Source of the DNA: a virus
Lineage: Duplodnaviria; Caudoviricetes
Reading direction: 5' to 3' (one strand)
IMG/VR virus record: IMGVR_UViG_3300020131_000101
Coordinates: 1,091 to 65,090 of that record
Length of the DNA stretch: 64,000 bases
In this document: piece after piece, positions 36,574 through 45,982 of the stretch
Position numbering within the stretch: the first letter of the stretch is position 1
Layout: each line of letters begins with the position of its first letter
Program-made: the position numbers and the translations under genes
Notes under the pieces: model-generated
Database searches by the model: none
Seen by the model: only the letters and a program-made list of their open reading frames with translations
Told to the model about the DNA's origin: nothing

Positions 36574-37444
36574 CTTGTGTCACTCCCAATCCGATTGAAT
36601 TTGCTGCTGCTGCCCTTGACTCGTCCCTAGCACTCCGTGGCGATGCGCGGGGTGCATTGGCACCATGCGCCTGCATTTCCGCCGCCTCCGCCGCCCAACG
36701 CTCAATGATCGCGACGACGTACCCAAGAGCAAATGTGCCGCCTTGCTTCGCCCGCTTTGCCTCTGCGCATGCAGACTCGACTGTTGCAACCGAAACACCC
36801 TGCTGCGACAGCGCGATCAGTCGGGGGTCGGCAGGTTGTGTTTGGACACCTTGCTTCCGAAAAGCTATGGACAGTTCGACCGGCGAGGCAGCCAGCGCCC
36901 CCGAAGGGGCTTGCTCTTGCTCCTGCTCCTGCTCTTGTTCCTGTTCTTGCTCCTGCTCTTGCTCTTGGCTTCGATGGGGCATTGAAGGGGCTTCGGAGGG
37001 GCTTGGTAAAACTGGCGCCGAACCACGGTTTTTTTTCATGTGAAAGACCGGAGCATATTTCTCGAAAAACCGCGCCAGATAAGGGTTCTGAGGCAGGGCG
37101 TTGTACTCGTTTTGCACCCCTGCGCACCGCTTGTCCTTAGGGTCAAGGAAGTCGGCGATCTGGTATTTCGCCATTTCGAACACCCATACCGTCTCCGTAG
37201 TCTCGTCGTACTCGCAAAACCCGGCTTCAATGCACCTTTGAAGCCCCTCCGAAGCCCCTTCCATGCCCAATCCGGTCTCGTGGCCGATGCTCACGATCGT
37301 CACGTAGTACAAGCCAAGCATGTTGGCGTGAGGGCTAGTCAGTAGATACATCGCCACGACCTGGGCAAGCGGGCCGGCCTTTCTCAGCTTCCTTCCGGTA
37401 TCCCCGATCCAGAACTTCGGCCCGATTTTTGAGTAATCACGCAT
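36524..37444 (-). CDS. Phage replication initiator (O-like)
   Basis: MRDYSKI.P.FW..YLLTSPHANMLGLY winged helix; (QE)n linker; internal iterons. Confidence 0.82.
   Translation of the reverse strand: MRDYSKIGPKFWIGDTGRKLRKAGPLAQVVAMYLLTSPHANMLGLYYVTIVSIGHETGLGMEGASEGLQRCIEAGFCEYDETTETVWVFEMAKYQIADFLDPKDKRCAGVQNEYNALPQNPYLARFFEKYAPVFHMKKNRGSAPVLPSPSEAPSMPHRSQEQEQEQEQEQEQEQEQEQAPSGALAASPVELSIAFRKQGVQTQPADPRLIALSQQGVSVATVESACAEAKRAKQGGTFALGYVVAIIERWAAEAAEMQAHGANAPRASPRSARDESRAAAANSIGLGVTQDDKQPITLDADCRIVG
36911..36968. repeat. 6-bp microsatellite-like repeat encoding (QE)9
   Basis: (TTGCTC/CTGCTC/TTGTTC)n. Confidence 0.9.
36973..37261. repeat. Putative replication origin iterons
   Basis: 11-bp tandem GAAGGGGCTTC-like units at 36973-37005; exact 21-bp inverted copy at 37241-37261; one more copy at 36903-36912. 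Confidence 0.7.
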
Positions 37445-38019
37445 TAATTCGCCACCTTCAATTGACCGCCTTCAATCAATGCCACGATGTGCACCGCGAG
37501 CGATTCCCAATCCTGTCCATGCTCCTGAAGGCCCAGGACGACGTCTTCACTGCCCTTCAGCTTCCCCTCCCTGATCAGCGCTAGAGCCGTCATGGCGATG
37601 TGCTTGTATTCGAAGTTGTTACGCTCAGCCTTGGCCATCACCCCGCCTTGATCGAGGATCGCGTGGCACCCAACAGCAACGCCTGGAACCGTCTTACAAA
37701 GCGCCATGGCCGTCGCGTCCGATGCTTTCAACCTTCCACCCTTACCGAAGAACAGCTGGTTCGAATGAGCCGCCTCGGTGTATCGCTTATTCCGGCCGCA
37801 GCAAACGCAATCCAAGGTCCGTACGGCAGCCAAATACGCTTCCGACCGGAATACCTCGTCCCCGTCGAGGACAATGCGCTGGCGGCTGCGCAAACGCTTC
37901 GCGCCGGCCTTCAGTGCCGAACGGTGCTCTTCCTTCCTGCCCTGCCGAAAGCCAGACCGTTTCAGCGTGCTGGTGCCGCGATTCATGGGTGTCTTTCGCT
38001 TGAGCTCGGAACGCTTCAT
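37444..38019 (-). CDS. His-Me finger nuclease-like protein (DUF968/DUF1364-like)
   Basis: YLAAVR.L.CVCCG..EAAHSN..GKG..KASD..LC..CH..D. Confidence 0.75.
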   Translation of the reverse strand: MKRSELKRKTPMNRGTSTLKRSGFRQGRKEEHRSALKAGAKRLRSRQRIVLDGDEVFRSEAYLAAVRTLDCVCCGRNKRYTEAAHSNQLFFGKGGRLKASDATAMALCKTVPGVAVGCHAILDQGGVMAKAERNNFEYKHIAMTALALIREGKLKGSEDVVLGLQEHGQDWESLAVHIVALIEGGQLKVAN

Positions 38020-38909
38020 GCAACAGAAAGAAGGTTGACGCTGTCGTCAGCAGCCTCTTGAACGGCCTGCGCCAGGTTGCGACGCGCGATCTCGAAATAG
38101 CTGCGCTTCAGTTCGGCGCCAACGAATCGCCGGCCCATCTTGATGGCGCAATACCCTTCCGATCCGATGCCGGTGAACGGCGAAAACACGACATCACCCG
38201 GGTTCGTCCAGAGCTCAATCGACCGCTCGATCACGTCGAGCTGCAGCGGGCAGATATGGCGCTCGTCGTCGCCATCGCGTGCGCACATGTACTGCAGCGT
38301 CCTCGACGGATTGATGTCCATCCATACCGGGCTGGCGTACTCCTGCCACTTGTCAACCGGAAAACCTGATTCAGTTTTGGTTACCGGATCCGGATTTGCA
38401 CCGGGCTTGCGGAAAACGACCAGGTAATCAGGGATACCCTGACGGCTCATAGCGCTGTCCTTCTTGAGCTGCTTGTAGAGCAGGCCAAGTGCCTTAGTGC
38501 GCTGCATGGCGGTTACCGGGTCCTTCCAGATGCACACTTCGGAATGGAAGATGAATCCGGCATCTTCGTAGGCCCGGATGATCTCGCCGCGGAAGTCGCG
38601 AATCCCGATATAGCCGTCCTTGACCTTCGATGTCGGCAGGTTCATGCAATGGATGGCGACCAGCCGCCCTGGCTTGTGGATGCGAAACTGTTCAGCGATC
38701 AGGAACCGGTAGTGAGCCCAGAATTCCTCAGAATCCTTGCTATTCCCCATGTCACGGTCGATGTTCGAGTAGACATACAGCGACTCAAAAGGCGGAGAGA
38801 AAACGCTGAAGTCGATCGAGTTTTCCGGAATCGTCCTGGCGACTTCCACGCAGTCGGCGTTGTAGATCGCGAATTGATCAGTCACATCCTGATTCATTAC
38901 GTTGCTCAT
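38016..38909 (-). CDS. DNA amino-methyltransferase (N4-C/N6-A, beta class)
   Basis: FSPPF motif IV; HICP; FSPFTGIGS SAM-binding motif. Confidence 0.92.
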   Translation of the reverse strand: MSNVMNQDVTDQFAIYNADCVEVARTIPENSIDFSVFSPPFESLYVYSNIDRDMGNSKDSEEFWAHYRFLIAEQFRIHKPGRLVAIHCMNLPTSKVKDGYIGIRDFRGEIIRAYEDAGFIFHSEVCIWKDPVTAMQRTKALGLLYKQLKKDSAMSRQGIPDYLVVFRKPGANPDPVTKTESGFPVDKWQEYASPVWMDINPSRTLQYMCARDGDDERHICPLQLDVIERSIELWTNPGDVVFSPFTGIGSEGYCAIKMGRRFVGAELKRSYFEIARRNLAQAVQEAADDSVNLLSVA

Positions 38910-40291
38910 GCAAACTCCACGTTCTTTGCCAGCCAGGCCGGAACTTCCATCGGCATGGTCGCGTTATAGGTTTCTTGATGGCTGGTCGCGCCAGCGATTT
39001 CACGCTTGGTGATTTCGCGCATGTAGGCGACCATCTGCTCCGACATCTCGTCGTGCTGACGCTGCTTCCGAGCGATGTTGTGCATGACGGCTCCCTCGGT
39101 CTCGGCGGCGATGATGTGCACGTCGACCGGCCTCGTCTGTCCGAAGCGATAGCAGCGGCGGACGGCTTGGTAATAGCTCTCGAACGAGTCATCCATGCCG
39201 GCAAATACCATCCGACTGCAGTGCTGCCAGTTCATACCGAAACCAGCAATGCTTGGCTTGGTGACAATGACCCGTGCATCGCCATGGGTGAACGCCATGA
39301 TCCGACGCTCTTTTTCCTCCGGCGGAAGTGAGCCGGTTACCTCGACTGCTCCGGTGATTGCCTTCGCCAGGGACTCGGATTCGTCATTCAGATGGCACCA
39401 GACGATACACGGCTCGTTTTGGGAGTTCGCAAGCTCGGCAGCCAGAGCAACCCGCTCAGCCATGCTGGCGCGCTTCGCCTGACGGCGCTCCGAAAGACTC
39501 TGTGCAGCGGTGGGAATCAGGAAGCCTTCCTGCGCCTCGCTCTTGATCACATGCTCATGCAGATTCAGCGGCGGCAGAACGTAGCGCGACCCGTCAAATC
39601 CAAGGTCGGACGGGTTCCGGACGCAAATCGCCCAGGACGCCATCCATTCCCAGAAACGCTCTTTCGCATGCCCTTTGAGGCGCCACTTCGACGTATCGCC
39701 GCCGTCGTGCGTGAAGAACATGGCCAGCATCTCGGCCTGGCTCATCACGCCAAGGAACTCGGCCTGGTTACCCAGCTCCATGTAATCATTCGGGCTCGGC
39801 GTCGCCGTGCAGGAAAGCCGATACGGCGTGCACTGGAACGCGTCGGTGATCATCTTGCGCGTCCGGCTGTCATGCGCCTTCAGAATGCTGCTTTCGTCGA
39901 GCACGGCGCCAACGAAGCGCGAGGAATCGAAGTGGGCCAGCATTTCATAGTTCGTGATCGTGATGCCGCTTCGGACTTGATCCTGGTTACGGGCATAGTT
40001 GATCTCGATGCCGAACTTCGCAGCCTCCTCAACAGTTTGCTGCGCAACGCACAACGGAGCGCTGATCAGAACGTCACCGCCGGTGTGCTCATGCACCTTC
40101 TGCGCCCAAGTCGTCTGCATGATGGTCTTACCAAGGCCGGTATCGCCGAAAATCGCCGCACGACCGCGCTTCAGCGCCCACCTGTCTATGGCAGCCTGGA
40201 AGTCGAAGAGATGGCCTCCAAGGTCGCTGCAGTCGAACCCAGTCGGAATCTCCGCCGTTTTTTTCGTCCTGATGAAATCCACGTAATTCAT
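38906..40291 (-). CDS. SNF2/SF2-family helicase
   Basis: FDFQ, DTGLGKT, LDESS, CTATPSPN, GFGMNWQ, QAVRRCYRFGQ. Confidence 0.92.
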   Translation of the reverse strand: MNYVDFIRTKKTAEIPTGFDCSDLGGHLFDFQAAIDRWALKRGRAAIFGDTGLGKTIMQTTWAQKVHEHTGGDVLISAPLCVAQQTVEEAAKFGIEINYARNQDQVRSGITITNYEMLAHFDSSRFVGAVLDESSILKAHDSRTRKMITDAFQCTPYRLSCTATPSPNDYMELGNQAEFLGVMSQAEMLAMFFTHDGGDTSKWRLKGHAKERFWEWMASWAICVRNPSDLGFDGSRYVLPPLNLHEHVIKSEAQEGFLIPTAAQSLSERRQAKRASMAERVALAAELANSQNEPCIVWCHLNDESESLAKAITGAVEVTGSLPPEEKERRIMAFTHGDARVIVTKPSIAGFGMNWQHCSRMVFAGMDDSFESYYQAVRRCYRFGQTRPVDVHIIAAETEGAVMHNIARKQRQHDEMSEQMVAYMREITKREIAGATSHQETYNATMPMEVPAWLAKNVEFA

Positions 40292-40497
40292 TTTGTCTCT
40301 GTCGGGTTTCTTTTTGTCGCCTTCGGAGTCGTTATCCCCCGGCGCATGCACGTCAAGCAGTAGTCGATACCATCCTTGAACTGGCCGAGGCTGCGGCGGA
40401 TCGAACAACCGATACAGCGCTTCATCGCGTGGTTCAGATAGAGCTGCTTTTCCGTAGACGCCCGGTAGGACTCCGTCGACGCTGGATTAACGCTCAT
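40288..40497 (-). CDS. Small Zn-finger protein
   Basis: CIGC...CLTC. Confidence 0.55.
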   Translation of the reverse strand: MSVNPASTESYRASTEKQLYLNHAMKRCIGCSIRRSLGQFKDGIDYCLTCMRRGITTPKATKRNPTETK

Positions 40498-40651
40498 GGC
40501 TGCGAATCACCGGGTACCAGCCAGTGTTGCCGCCATTGCTACGGAAGTACTGAACCATGTACTTCTCGCGGTCGGTCGCCTTCGGATCCATCTCGATGGA
40601 CTTCAGGACTTCCTCAAGAGAGGTGTTTCCCGGGATGTTGTTGGTAGTCAT
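40487..40651 (-). CDS. Small hypothetical protein (54 aa, below ORF-track cut-off)
   Basis: MTTNNIPGNTSLEEVLKSIEMD...; GAGGA RBS; fills the gap in the operon. Confidence 0.5.
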   Translation of the reverse strand: MTTNNIPGNTSLEEVLKSIEMDPKATDREKYMVQYFRSNGGNTGWYPVIRSHER

Positions 40652-40653
40652 GG

Positions 40654-41709
40654 TCAGATCCTCACAGGCATGGTGCAGATGATCCGGTCGCCGCCGGTAA
40701 GGCGGATTGCGGTGGTCTTCAGATCGGCCTGGTCGAATTCAATGCCGATCTCGTCTGCCTCAACGGATTTGAGGAAGCTGCCGAAATCGTCCGGATAGGC
40801 ACCGAAGGTCACGCTGTCGCCCTGATACTTGAACGGCGCCGTGGCCTCGTTGTCGGTTGAGCCAGTCAGTTTCACGGAGCACTGCTCGCCGGCGGAAATG
40901 ACGATCTGCGGCCGGATCTTGGCTGCGCTGCTGGCAAATGAGCTGGTGAAGTTGATCGCGTCCAGCAGGGACTTTCGGGAAATCGTCCCCTTGTTCGTGT
41001 ACGTGCGCTGCCAGAACTTACTCACCTGCAGCGGCTTTGCGACTGCCAGCTTGAACAGAGCGATCGAGTTCGCGCCGCGCAGTTCGACCTGCTCTTCACG
41101 CACGACCATGGATTTGAAATTGCCGACCATCCGGCAGGCGGTGTCCCTTGGGATGCAAATGCCAAACTCAGGAGCAATGTGGTTGACGATGCTTGCGCCC
41201 ATGCTCTTCGTGTCCGTAGCGAATACCTCAATCTGCGTGCCGGTGGACTTGATCTGGACGCACTGCGCAGCTGGAACCTGAGCGTTGACGCCGCAGAACT
41301 GCGTCGCGAAGGCGATCTTGTCGGCGAGCGGTGCCCATTCGATTTCGGTGATCACCTTTTCCGCCATGTGGAGTTCGGGGAACTGATCAGCCTCCAGCGT
41401 GTTCAGCCTGGTCTTCGTGTCGCCGAACTCCAGGACTGCCTTCTTGCTCTTGACGGTGAAGCTCACCTCACCATCGCAGAACTGGGCGAACTTCTTCAGC
41501 GCTGAAGCATCGATGCACGCGGCGAACTTTTCGCCGGCACAGTCGATCCAGTACTGGATCTGAGAATCAGTGTTCGATGCGGTGAAAATGACGCGCTCGC
41601 CTGTCGACTCGACCTTCACATGCGTCAGGATCGGCATGGTCGTCCGAGTTGGAGAGAACGGGGTGACGGCGTCAACAGCGGCTTTGAATTCGTTTCTGGA
41701 CAAAAGCAT
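40654..41709 (-). CDS. Full-length DNA polymerase III beta-clamp-like protein
   Basis: RTTMPILTHVK, ASNTD, L.TLEADQFP, FATD, terminal MPVRI; 351 aa. Confidence 0.85.
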   Translation of the reverse strand: MLLSRNEFKAAVDAVTPFSPTRTTMPILTHVKVESTGERVIFTASNTDSQIQYWIDCAGEKFAACIDASALKKFAQFCDGEVSFTVKSKKAVLEFGDTKTRLNTLEADQFPELHMAEKVITEIEWAPLADKIAFATQFCGVNAQVPAAQCVQIKSTGTQIEVFATDTKSMGASIVNHIAPEFGICIPRDTACRMVGNFKSMVVREEQVELRGANSIALFKLAVAKPLQVSKFWQRTYTNKGTISRKSLLDAINFTSSFASSAAKIRPQIVISAGEQCSVKLTGSTDNEATAPFKYQGDSVTFGAYPDDFGSFLKSVEADEIGIEFDQADLKTTAIRLTGGDRIICTMPVRI

Positions 41710-41733
41710 GGCTTCCTCTCTGAATGGTTCGAG

Positions 41734-42069
41734 TTAGATCTCGAGCAGACTGGGCTGCGCTTCCCGGATCTGCACCGGATGAATCGGCTCGTTCGTGAAC
41801 TTGCAAGGGCGAGTGACTTCCTTGCGAACGAGACGCTTTGCGGCGATCAGGTCGTTGACGATCCGGGACACGACGTTCGCCTCAATCTTTTTCCCCTCGG
41901 GGACATCGCGTTGAAATAGCTGGCGGTAGATCATCTTGATTTCGCCGAGGGACATATCCCCGTCGCTCGCACGGACGATGGCCTCGACGCGGTCGTTCTG
42001 CGTCTTGAGGGCGTCGCATTTCATGCGCTTCCATGCGCCGATGCTGGTATCGAGAACCTTCGTCTTCAT
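41734..42069 (-). CDS. Winged-helix-like phage protein
   Basis: DTS..A, SL.EI, VSRIVNDL. Confidence 0.65.
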   Translation of the reverse strand: MKTKVLDTSIGAWKRMKCDALKTQNDRVEAIVRASDGDMSLGEIKMIYRQLFQRDVPEGKKIEANVVSRIVNDLIAAKRLVRKEVTRPCKFTNEPIHPVQIREAQPSLLEI

Positions 42070-42356
42070 GCTGGCTCCAGTTCAGGCTGGATGACTGGCT
42101 TAACGACACTAATCACCTTCAGCACAGCCCACTCCAGATCGGACTGCGGCGGATACTTCTTGCGAAGTTGATGAGCGCCCGCCAAATACTCACGGCCGTC
42201 TTCGCACGCAACACGGTAGATGTGCGCGACTCCATCGATGTAGATTGGATGGTTCACATGCTCAATGACTTCGCATTCGGTGTTCTCCAGGTAACGCAGA
42301 GACCCCGCCGTGTTCTGGACGATGGCGATTTCGCCAACTTCAAATCGTGCGCTCAT
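42066..42356 (-). CDS. Hypothetical phage protein
   Basis: RFEVGEIAI..; GAGG RBS. Confidence 0.6.
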   Translation of the reverse strand: MSARFEVGEIAIVQNTAGSLRYLENTECEVIEHVNHPIYIDGVAHIYRVACEDGREYLAGAHQLRKKYPPQSDLEWAVLKVISVVKPVIQPELEPA

Positions 42357-42777
42357 ATGCAAATTCCTCAAGTGCCCATTCCTTGAAATCGCGCAGCGGC
42401 ATGGTCCCGTTCGGCCTGTCGGTGCGCGACTGCTCGAAGTAATTGGCGGTGCGCGGCTGGCTGTCCCACGTCACTGCCGTGTGCTGGAATCGCGGATGAA
42501 TGTCGATGACGTAGCGGACATCGCCATTCACGCCACGGTACGCCTTGCCGACCTCGACATGGAACCCGCCATTCGGCCTTGCCATGCGTTTGCGCGCCAG
42601 GTCGACGAGCACCTGCATTTCACCGCGCATCGTCGCAAAGGCGTTGTCCAGCAGCTTTTCGTACCCGTTCGGGCAGCCGGCCAGATCGATCATTCGGTTG
42701 ACGCGCCACGCCGCAAACAACGCCTTCGGCGTCTTGCAGTGCTTGTCGCAGTAGTTGATGAGTTCCATGTCAGTCAT
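42340..42777 (-). CDS. Hypothetical phage protein
   Basis: Coupled ORF. Confidence 0.55.
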   Translation of the reverse strand: MTDMELINYCDKHCKTPKALFAAWRVNRMIDLAGCPNGYEKLLDNAFATMRGEMQVLVDLARKRMARPNGGFHVEVGKAYRGVNGDVRYVIDIHPRFQHTAVTWDSQPRTANYFEQSRTDRPNGTMPLRDFKEWALEEFAYERTI

Positions 42778-42781
42778 GAAG

Positions 42782-43177
42782 CTACTTGTCTCGTGCTGCA
42801 GATTGGATCTTGATTCCCTGCCAGGACAGGTTCTGGAAGTAGCACTGGCGGCCGTTCGTCCTGTCGCGCCAGCATTTGCCATCCCAGTCGGCGAGCTGGA
42901 TCGACTCGACGGTCACCCATGGCATGCGAACGCGGTAGCGCCCTGGATAGAGCGGCTTGTGCTCGTCATCCGGTGGATACCATTCGGTAAGTTCTGCCGG
43001 CTCCCAGTCCGATGCGACCAGGAGGCTCGCAGAATTCGGAACCAGTGCGATGTGGATCAACGCGCCGCCGCTGGATTTGCGGTAAGCGGCACCACAGATG
43101 AAAACGAGCAGGAGCGCGAAAATTGCAACCGCGATGTAGAAGTCGGCCTGTTCAGGCGTGATGGTTGGGAGGCTCAT
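42782..43177 (-). CDS. Hypothetical protein with N-terminal TM
   Basis: ATGA overlap; Trp-rich C-terminus. Confidence 0.55.
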   Translation of the reverse strand: MSLPTITPEQADFYIAVAIFALLLVFICGAAYRKSSGGALIHIALVPNSASLLVASDWEPAELTEWYPPDDEHKPLYPGRYRVRMPWVTVESIQLADWDGKCWRDRTNGRQCYFQNLSWQGIKIQSAARDK

Positions 43178-43524
43178 GCCGGCACCACGAAGTGCATTGA
43201 CCATGCGATGGAATTTGCGAAGCGCGGTGCGGTGATTCGCGGCGCCTCGGCCGCCGGAATGCGCTTGACGATCTGCGGGAGCGGATCAACTTGCTTCGGG
43301 TTGTCGTTCCAGTAGTACTTGTAATGACACGGCTTCCCCTCCGGCTTCACGTAGCCCTCGTGCGACGCTTCGCACAGAGCCTTTTCTGCAGTCGACGAAT
43401 GGCAGCCGGCGGCTTGAGCAACGTGTTGAATAATCGCTGCACGCGATGCGCCAGGCGAGCGCATCAAGAATTCGCGGAGGACGCGTGCCGCGCGGTCGAG
43501 AGACGGAAGAATTTGCGTATTCAT
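43174..43524 (-). CDS. Hypothetical HTH-like protein
   Basis: Coupled to the cII-like gene. Confidence 0.55.
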   Translation of the reverse strand: MNTQILPSLDRAARVLREFLMRSPGASRAAIIQHVAQAAGCHSSTAEKALCEASHEGYVKPEGKPCHYKYYWNDNPKQVDPLPQIVKRIPAAEAPRITAPRFANSIAWSMHFVVPA

Positions 43525-43961
43525 TCGGCCATTCCCTCCAAACGCATCAGCATTTCGTTCAGCGCCTGCTGCGTTTTGTAGATCGCCTGGCGGACGCGGG
43601 CGAGCTCGTGCTTCTCAACCTTGCCGTCCGCCAGGGTCTGGTGAACCGCGGCGCCGACATCACCGTTGCGGGTCCAGACGTGCGTCACCAGCTCGAGGAT
43701 GGCCATGTCGCACGCGTCACCATCGGCCGGAATCTCGACGCATACGCGGTTGTGGTTCGCGGCCAGCGCATCGAGGATCCGGTAGTCGCCGGTGATGCCC
43801 ATGATCTTGTCGGCGTCGGACAGCAGCGGCTTGTTGTGCTCTTTGTTCGGGTCTGCCTTGTTGAGCAGGACTGCGCGGCTCATGCCCAGGCGTGCGGCGA
43901 GCGCATCGGTGCCGTCCTTGTAGTCGTGAACCGTGTGATAGAAGGCGTCCTGGCTATTCAT
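43521..43961 (-). CDS. CII-like regulatory protein
   Basis: ALAARLGMS..VL.NK.DP..H; L.DG.V...E; located after cro. Confidence 0.82.
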   Translation of the reverse strand: MNSQDAFYHTVHDYKDGTDALAARLGMSRAVLLNKADPNKEHNKPLLSDADKIMGITGDYRILDALAANHNRVCVEIPADGDACDMAILELVTHVWTRNGDVGAAVHQTLADGKVEKHELARVRQAIYKTQQALNEMLMRLEGMAE

Positions 43962-44130
43962 CCTTGCTCCCTGAAAATTTGATGGTGTTTTTGATATTTC
44001 TTTTTGTTAATCTGGCTTCATGACAACGAAATTCCCTGCCTCTTCCCTGCTTGTAATGCGGTTGATAAATCGCAAGAACCGCATTTCAGGCAAAAAAATG
44101 CCGCTGACCGAAGCCAGCGGCCGAGTGCCT

Positions 44131-44385
44131 TCAGGGAGATTCTTTATCGCCGACGCGACGGCCGTACTTCACATCACCGATTGGCGCCTCACCAAAGACC
44201 GTCGGGTTCAAGTCGTAGCGCGTGACTGCGCCGTCAAACTCGCTTTCAATAGCGCGGCAGCGCTCCGCCGGCGCGTAGCCTTGCTCTACCCACTTCTGCA
44301 CCGCCTGTGGCGTCACACCCAGCCGATTCGCAAGTGCTGTTTGGCTTCCGGCAAGCTGCACTGCCCTGTTAATTCCAGTTTCCAT
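44131..44385 (-). CDS. cro: Cro-like repressor
   Basis: AGSQTALANRLGVTPQAVQKW..PAERC..IE..VTR.DL.P. Confidence 0.88.
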   Translation of the reverse strand: METGINRAVQLAGSQTALANRLGVTPQAVQKWVEQGYAPAERCRAIESEFDGAVTRYDLNPTVFGEAPIGDVKYGRRVGDKESP

Positions 44386-44397
44386 GTGCAATCCGCA

Positions 44398-44482
44398 GTT
44401 GTATTACAACTGTAGGTTACAACAAAAAGTGCCTTGCTACAACTTATATTTGCAGTGCGCTTTACAACCAATGCTTGTAACC
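44398..44482. promoter_or_regulatory. OR operator region
   Basis: Repeated TACAAC/GTTGTA half-sites between cro and cI. Confidence 0.75.
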
Positions 44483-44490
44483 TCTTGGGG

Positions 44491-45186
44491 ATGGAAACAA
44501 TGGCAAATCGAATATCTCTTGCGTTGCAGAAAAAGAACGGCGGGAATCAGTCCGAAATGGCAAGGTTTATCGGCGTATCACCGCAAGCGGTGCAGAAATG
44601 GATCGCCGGCGATGCAGTGCCACGCGGCGCCAACCTGCAGAAGGCGGCCGAGTTTCTAGGCGTGCCCGCCTCGTACTTGGTATTCGGGGATAAGGGCCGA
44701 GTGGAGATGTTGCAAGCCCTCAACGAAGTGCGTAAGCCTGTCAGCGAGGTCGATGACGCGCCAGAGGTCATGGGAAACCAACGCTGGCTACCGGTCGTGG
44801 GAGTTGTTCAAGCAGGTCCCGACGGCCTGCTTACGATTGATGATCACCCAGTTGGCTTCGGCGACGGTGCTGTGCTCTATTGGGCGAAGTGCGAGAACGC
44901 TTATGCACTTAGAGTCCGCGGGGAAAGCATGAGTCCGCGCTACTTGCCAGGAGAGTTCGTAGCCGTTGATCCATGCTTTGAAGTGCAGCCTAGCCAGGAG
45001 GTCATTGTCATCCTGAAAGATGGCACAAGGATGATCAAGCGCCTACTGTGGCAACGCGATGGTTTTGCCTGCTTTGAGTCGATCAATAAAGATTACAAAA
45101 ACATCACCCTCGAGCTTGGAGAGATCGACGCACTCCATCGAGTCCTTGGAACAGTTCCGAGCTTCGCGTTCAAGGCAGCATACTAA
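44491..45186 (+). CDS. cI: CI-like repressor (HTH + S24 autopeptidase)
   Basis: QSEMARFIGVSPQAVQKW HTH; VQAG cleavage site; VRGESM; IKRL. Confidence 0.93.
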   Translation: METMANRISLALQKKNGGNQSEMARFIGVSPQAVQKWIAGDAVPRGANLQKAAEFLGVPASYLVFGDKGRVEMLQALNEVRKPVSEVDDAPEVMGNQRWLPVVGVVQAGPDGLLTIDDHPVGFGDGAVLYWAKCENAYALRVRGESMSPRYLPGEFVAVDPCFEVQPSQEVIVILKDGTRMIKRLLWQRDGFACFESINKDYKNITLELGEIDALHRVLGTVPSFAFKAAY

Positions 45187-45264
45187 TCAGTCCCATATAT
45201 ATGGGATGACCGGACAGGACGTTTACGCTCTAATTTCCTTTTGGCAACCATTCGAGCCGAAGCA

Positions 45265-45534
45265 ATGGATTTTTTACTGTTCTGGTTTATCTGCGCCGTT
45301 CTGACAGGTTTTGTCGCGGCTGCAAAGGGAAGATCTGGGTTCGGGTGGTTCATCATAGGCTTGTTCTTCGGATTCATTTCCCTGCTCGCAGTTGGCCTAG
45401 CGCCTGGCCCTAAAAAAGCTGACCCCAATGCCCCCCACCCTGATACCCACGTTCGCTGTCCAGAATGCCGCGAGTTTGTCTACAAGGACGCATCGAAATG
45501 CAAGCATTGCGGCACCAAGCTCGTGCCACAGTAA
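45265..45534 (+). CDS. Membrane protein with C-terminal zinc ribbon
   Basis: Two TMs (A..KGRS...WF), CPEC...CKHCG. Confidence 0.8.
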   Translation: MDFLLFWFICAVLTGFVAAAKGRSGFGWFIIGLFFGFISLLAVGLAPGPKKADPNAPHPDTHVRCPECREFVYKDASKCKHCGTKLVPQ

Positions 45535-45971
45535 TCAAGCTGATTTGCGCCGGCATTCTTCTGCCGTTTGACGCCGCAGCCGCCCCAGTTGTCGGCATCA
45601 GCGATGGGGATACCCTGACCGTGCTGGAAGACCGCCGATCGGTGAAGATCCGCCTAGCCAACATCGACGCGCCGGAGAAGGCCCAGCCGTTCGGCCAGCG
45701 GTCCAAGGAATCCCTCTCGGAACTTTGCTACGGGAAGAATGCGAGCTACCAGGTGCAGGACATTGACCGGTACGGCCGAACCGTCGCTATAGTTACCTGT
45801 GCCGGCGTGCAGGCAAACCGCGCACAAGTCGAGCGAGGTCTCGCCTGGGTTTATCCGAAGTACAACAGGGATGAATCGCTCCCTCCACTGCAGGAGGATG
45901 CCCGAACCAGCCGGCGCGGACTGTTTGCCGATCCGGATCCAGTGGCGCCGTGGGAATGGCGAAAGAAGTAG
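45498..45971 (+). CDS. Thermonuclease (SNase-like), probably secreted; start uncertain
   Basis: VVGISDGDT, IRLANIDAPE..QPFG, DRYGR, GLAW, PWEWR. Confidence 0.9.
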   Translation: MQALRHQARATVIKLICAGILLPFDAAAAPVVGISDGDTLTVLEDRRSVKIRLANIDAPEKAQPFGQRSKESLSELCYGKNASYQVQDIDRYGRTVAIVTCAGVQANRAQVERGLAWVYPKYNRDESLPPLQEDARTSRRGLFADPDPVAPWEWRKK

Positions 45972-45982
45972 ATCGAAAGCTG

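Noticed and set aside
36911-36968. Possible CRISPR or contingency repeat
   Set aside because: Degenerate 6-bp coding repeat for a QE linker; no spacers, no cas genes, and unit changes keep the frame
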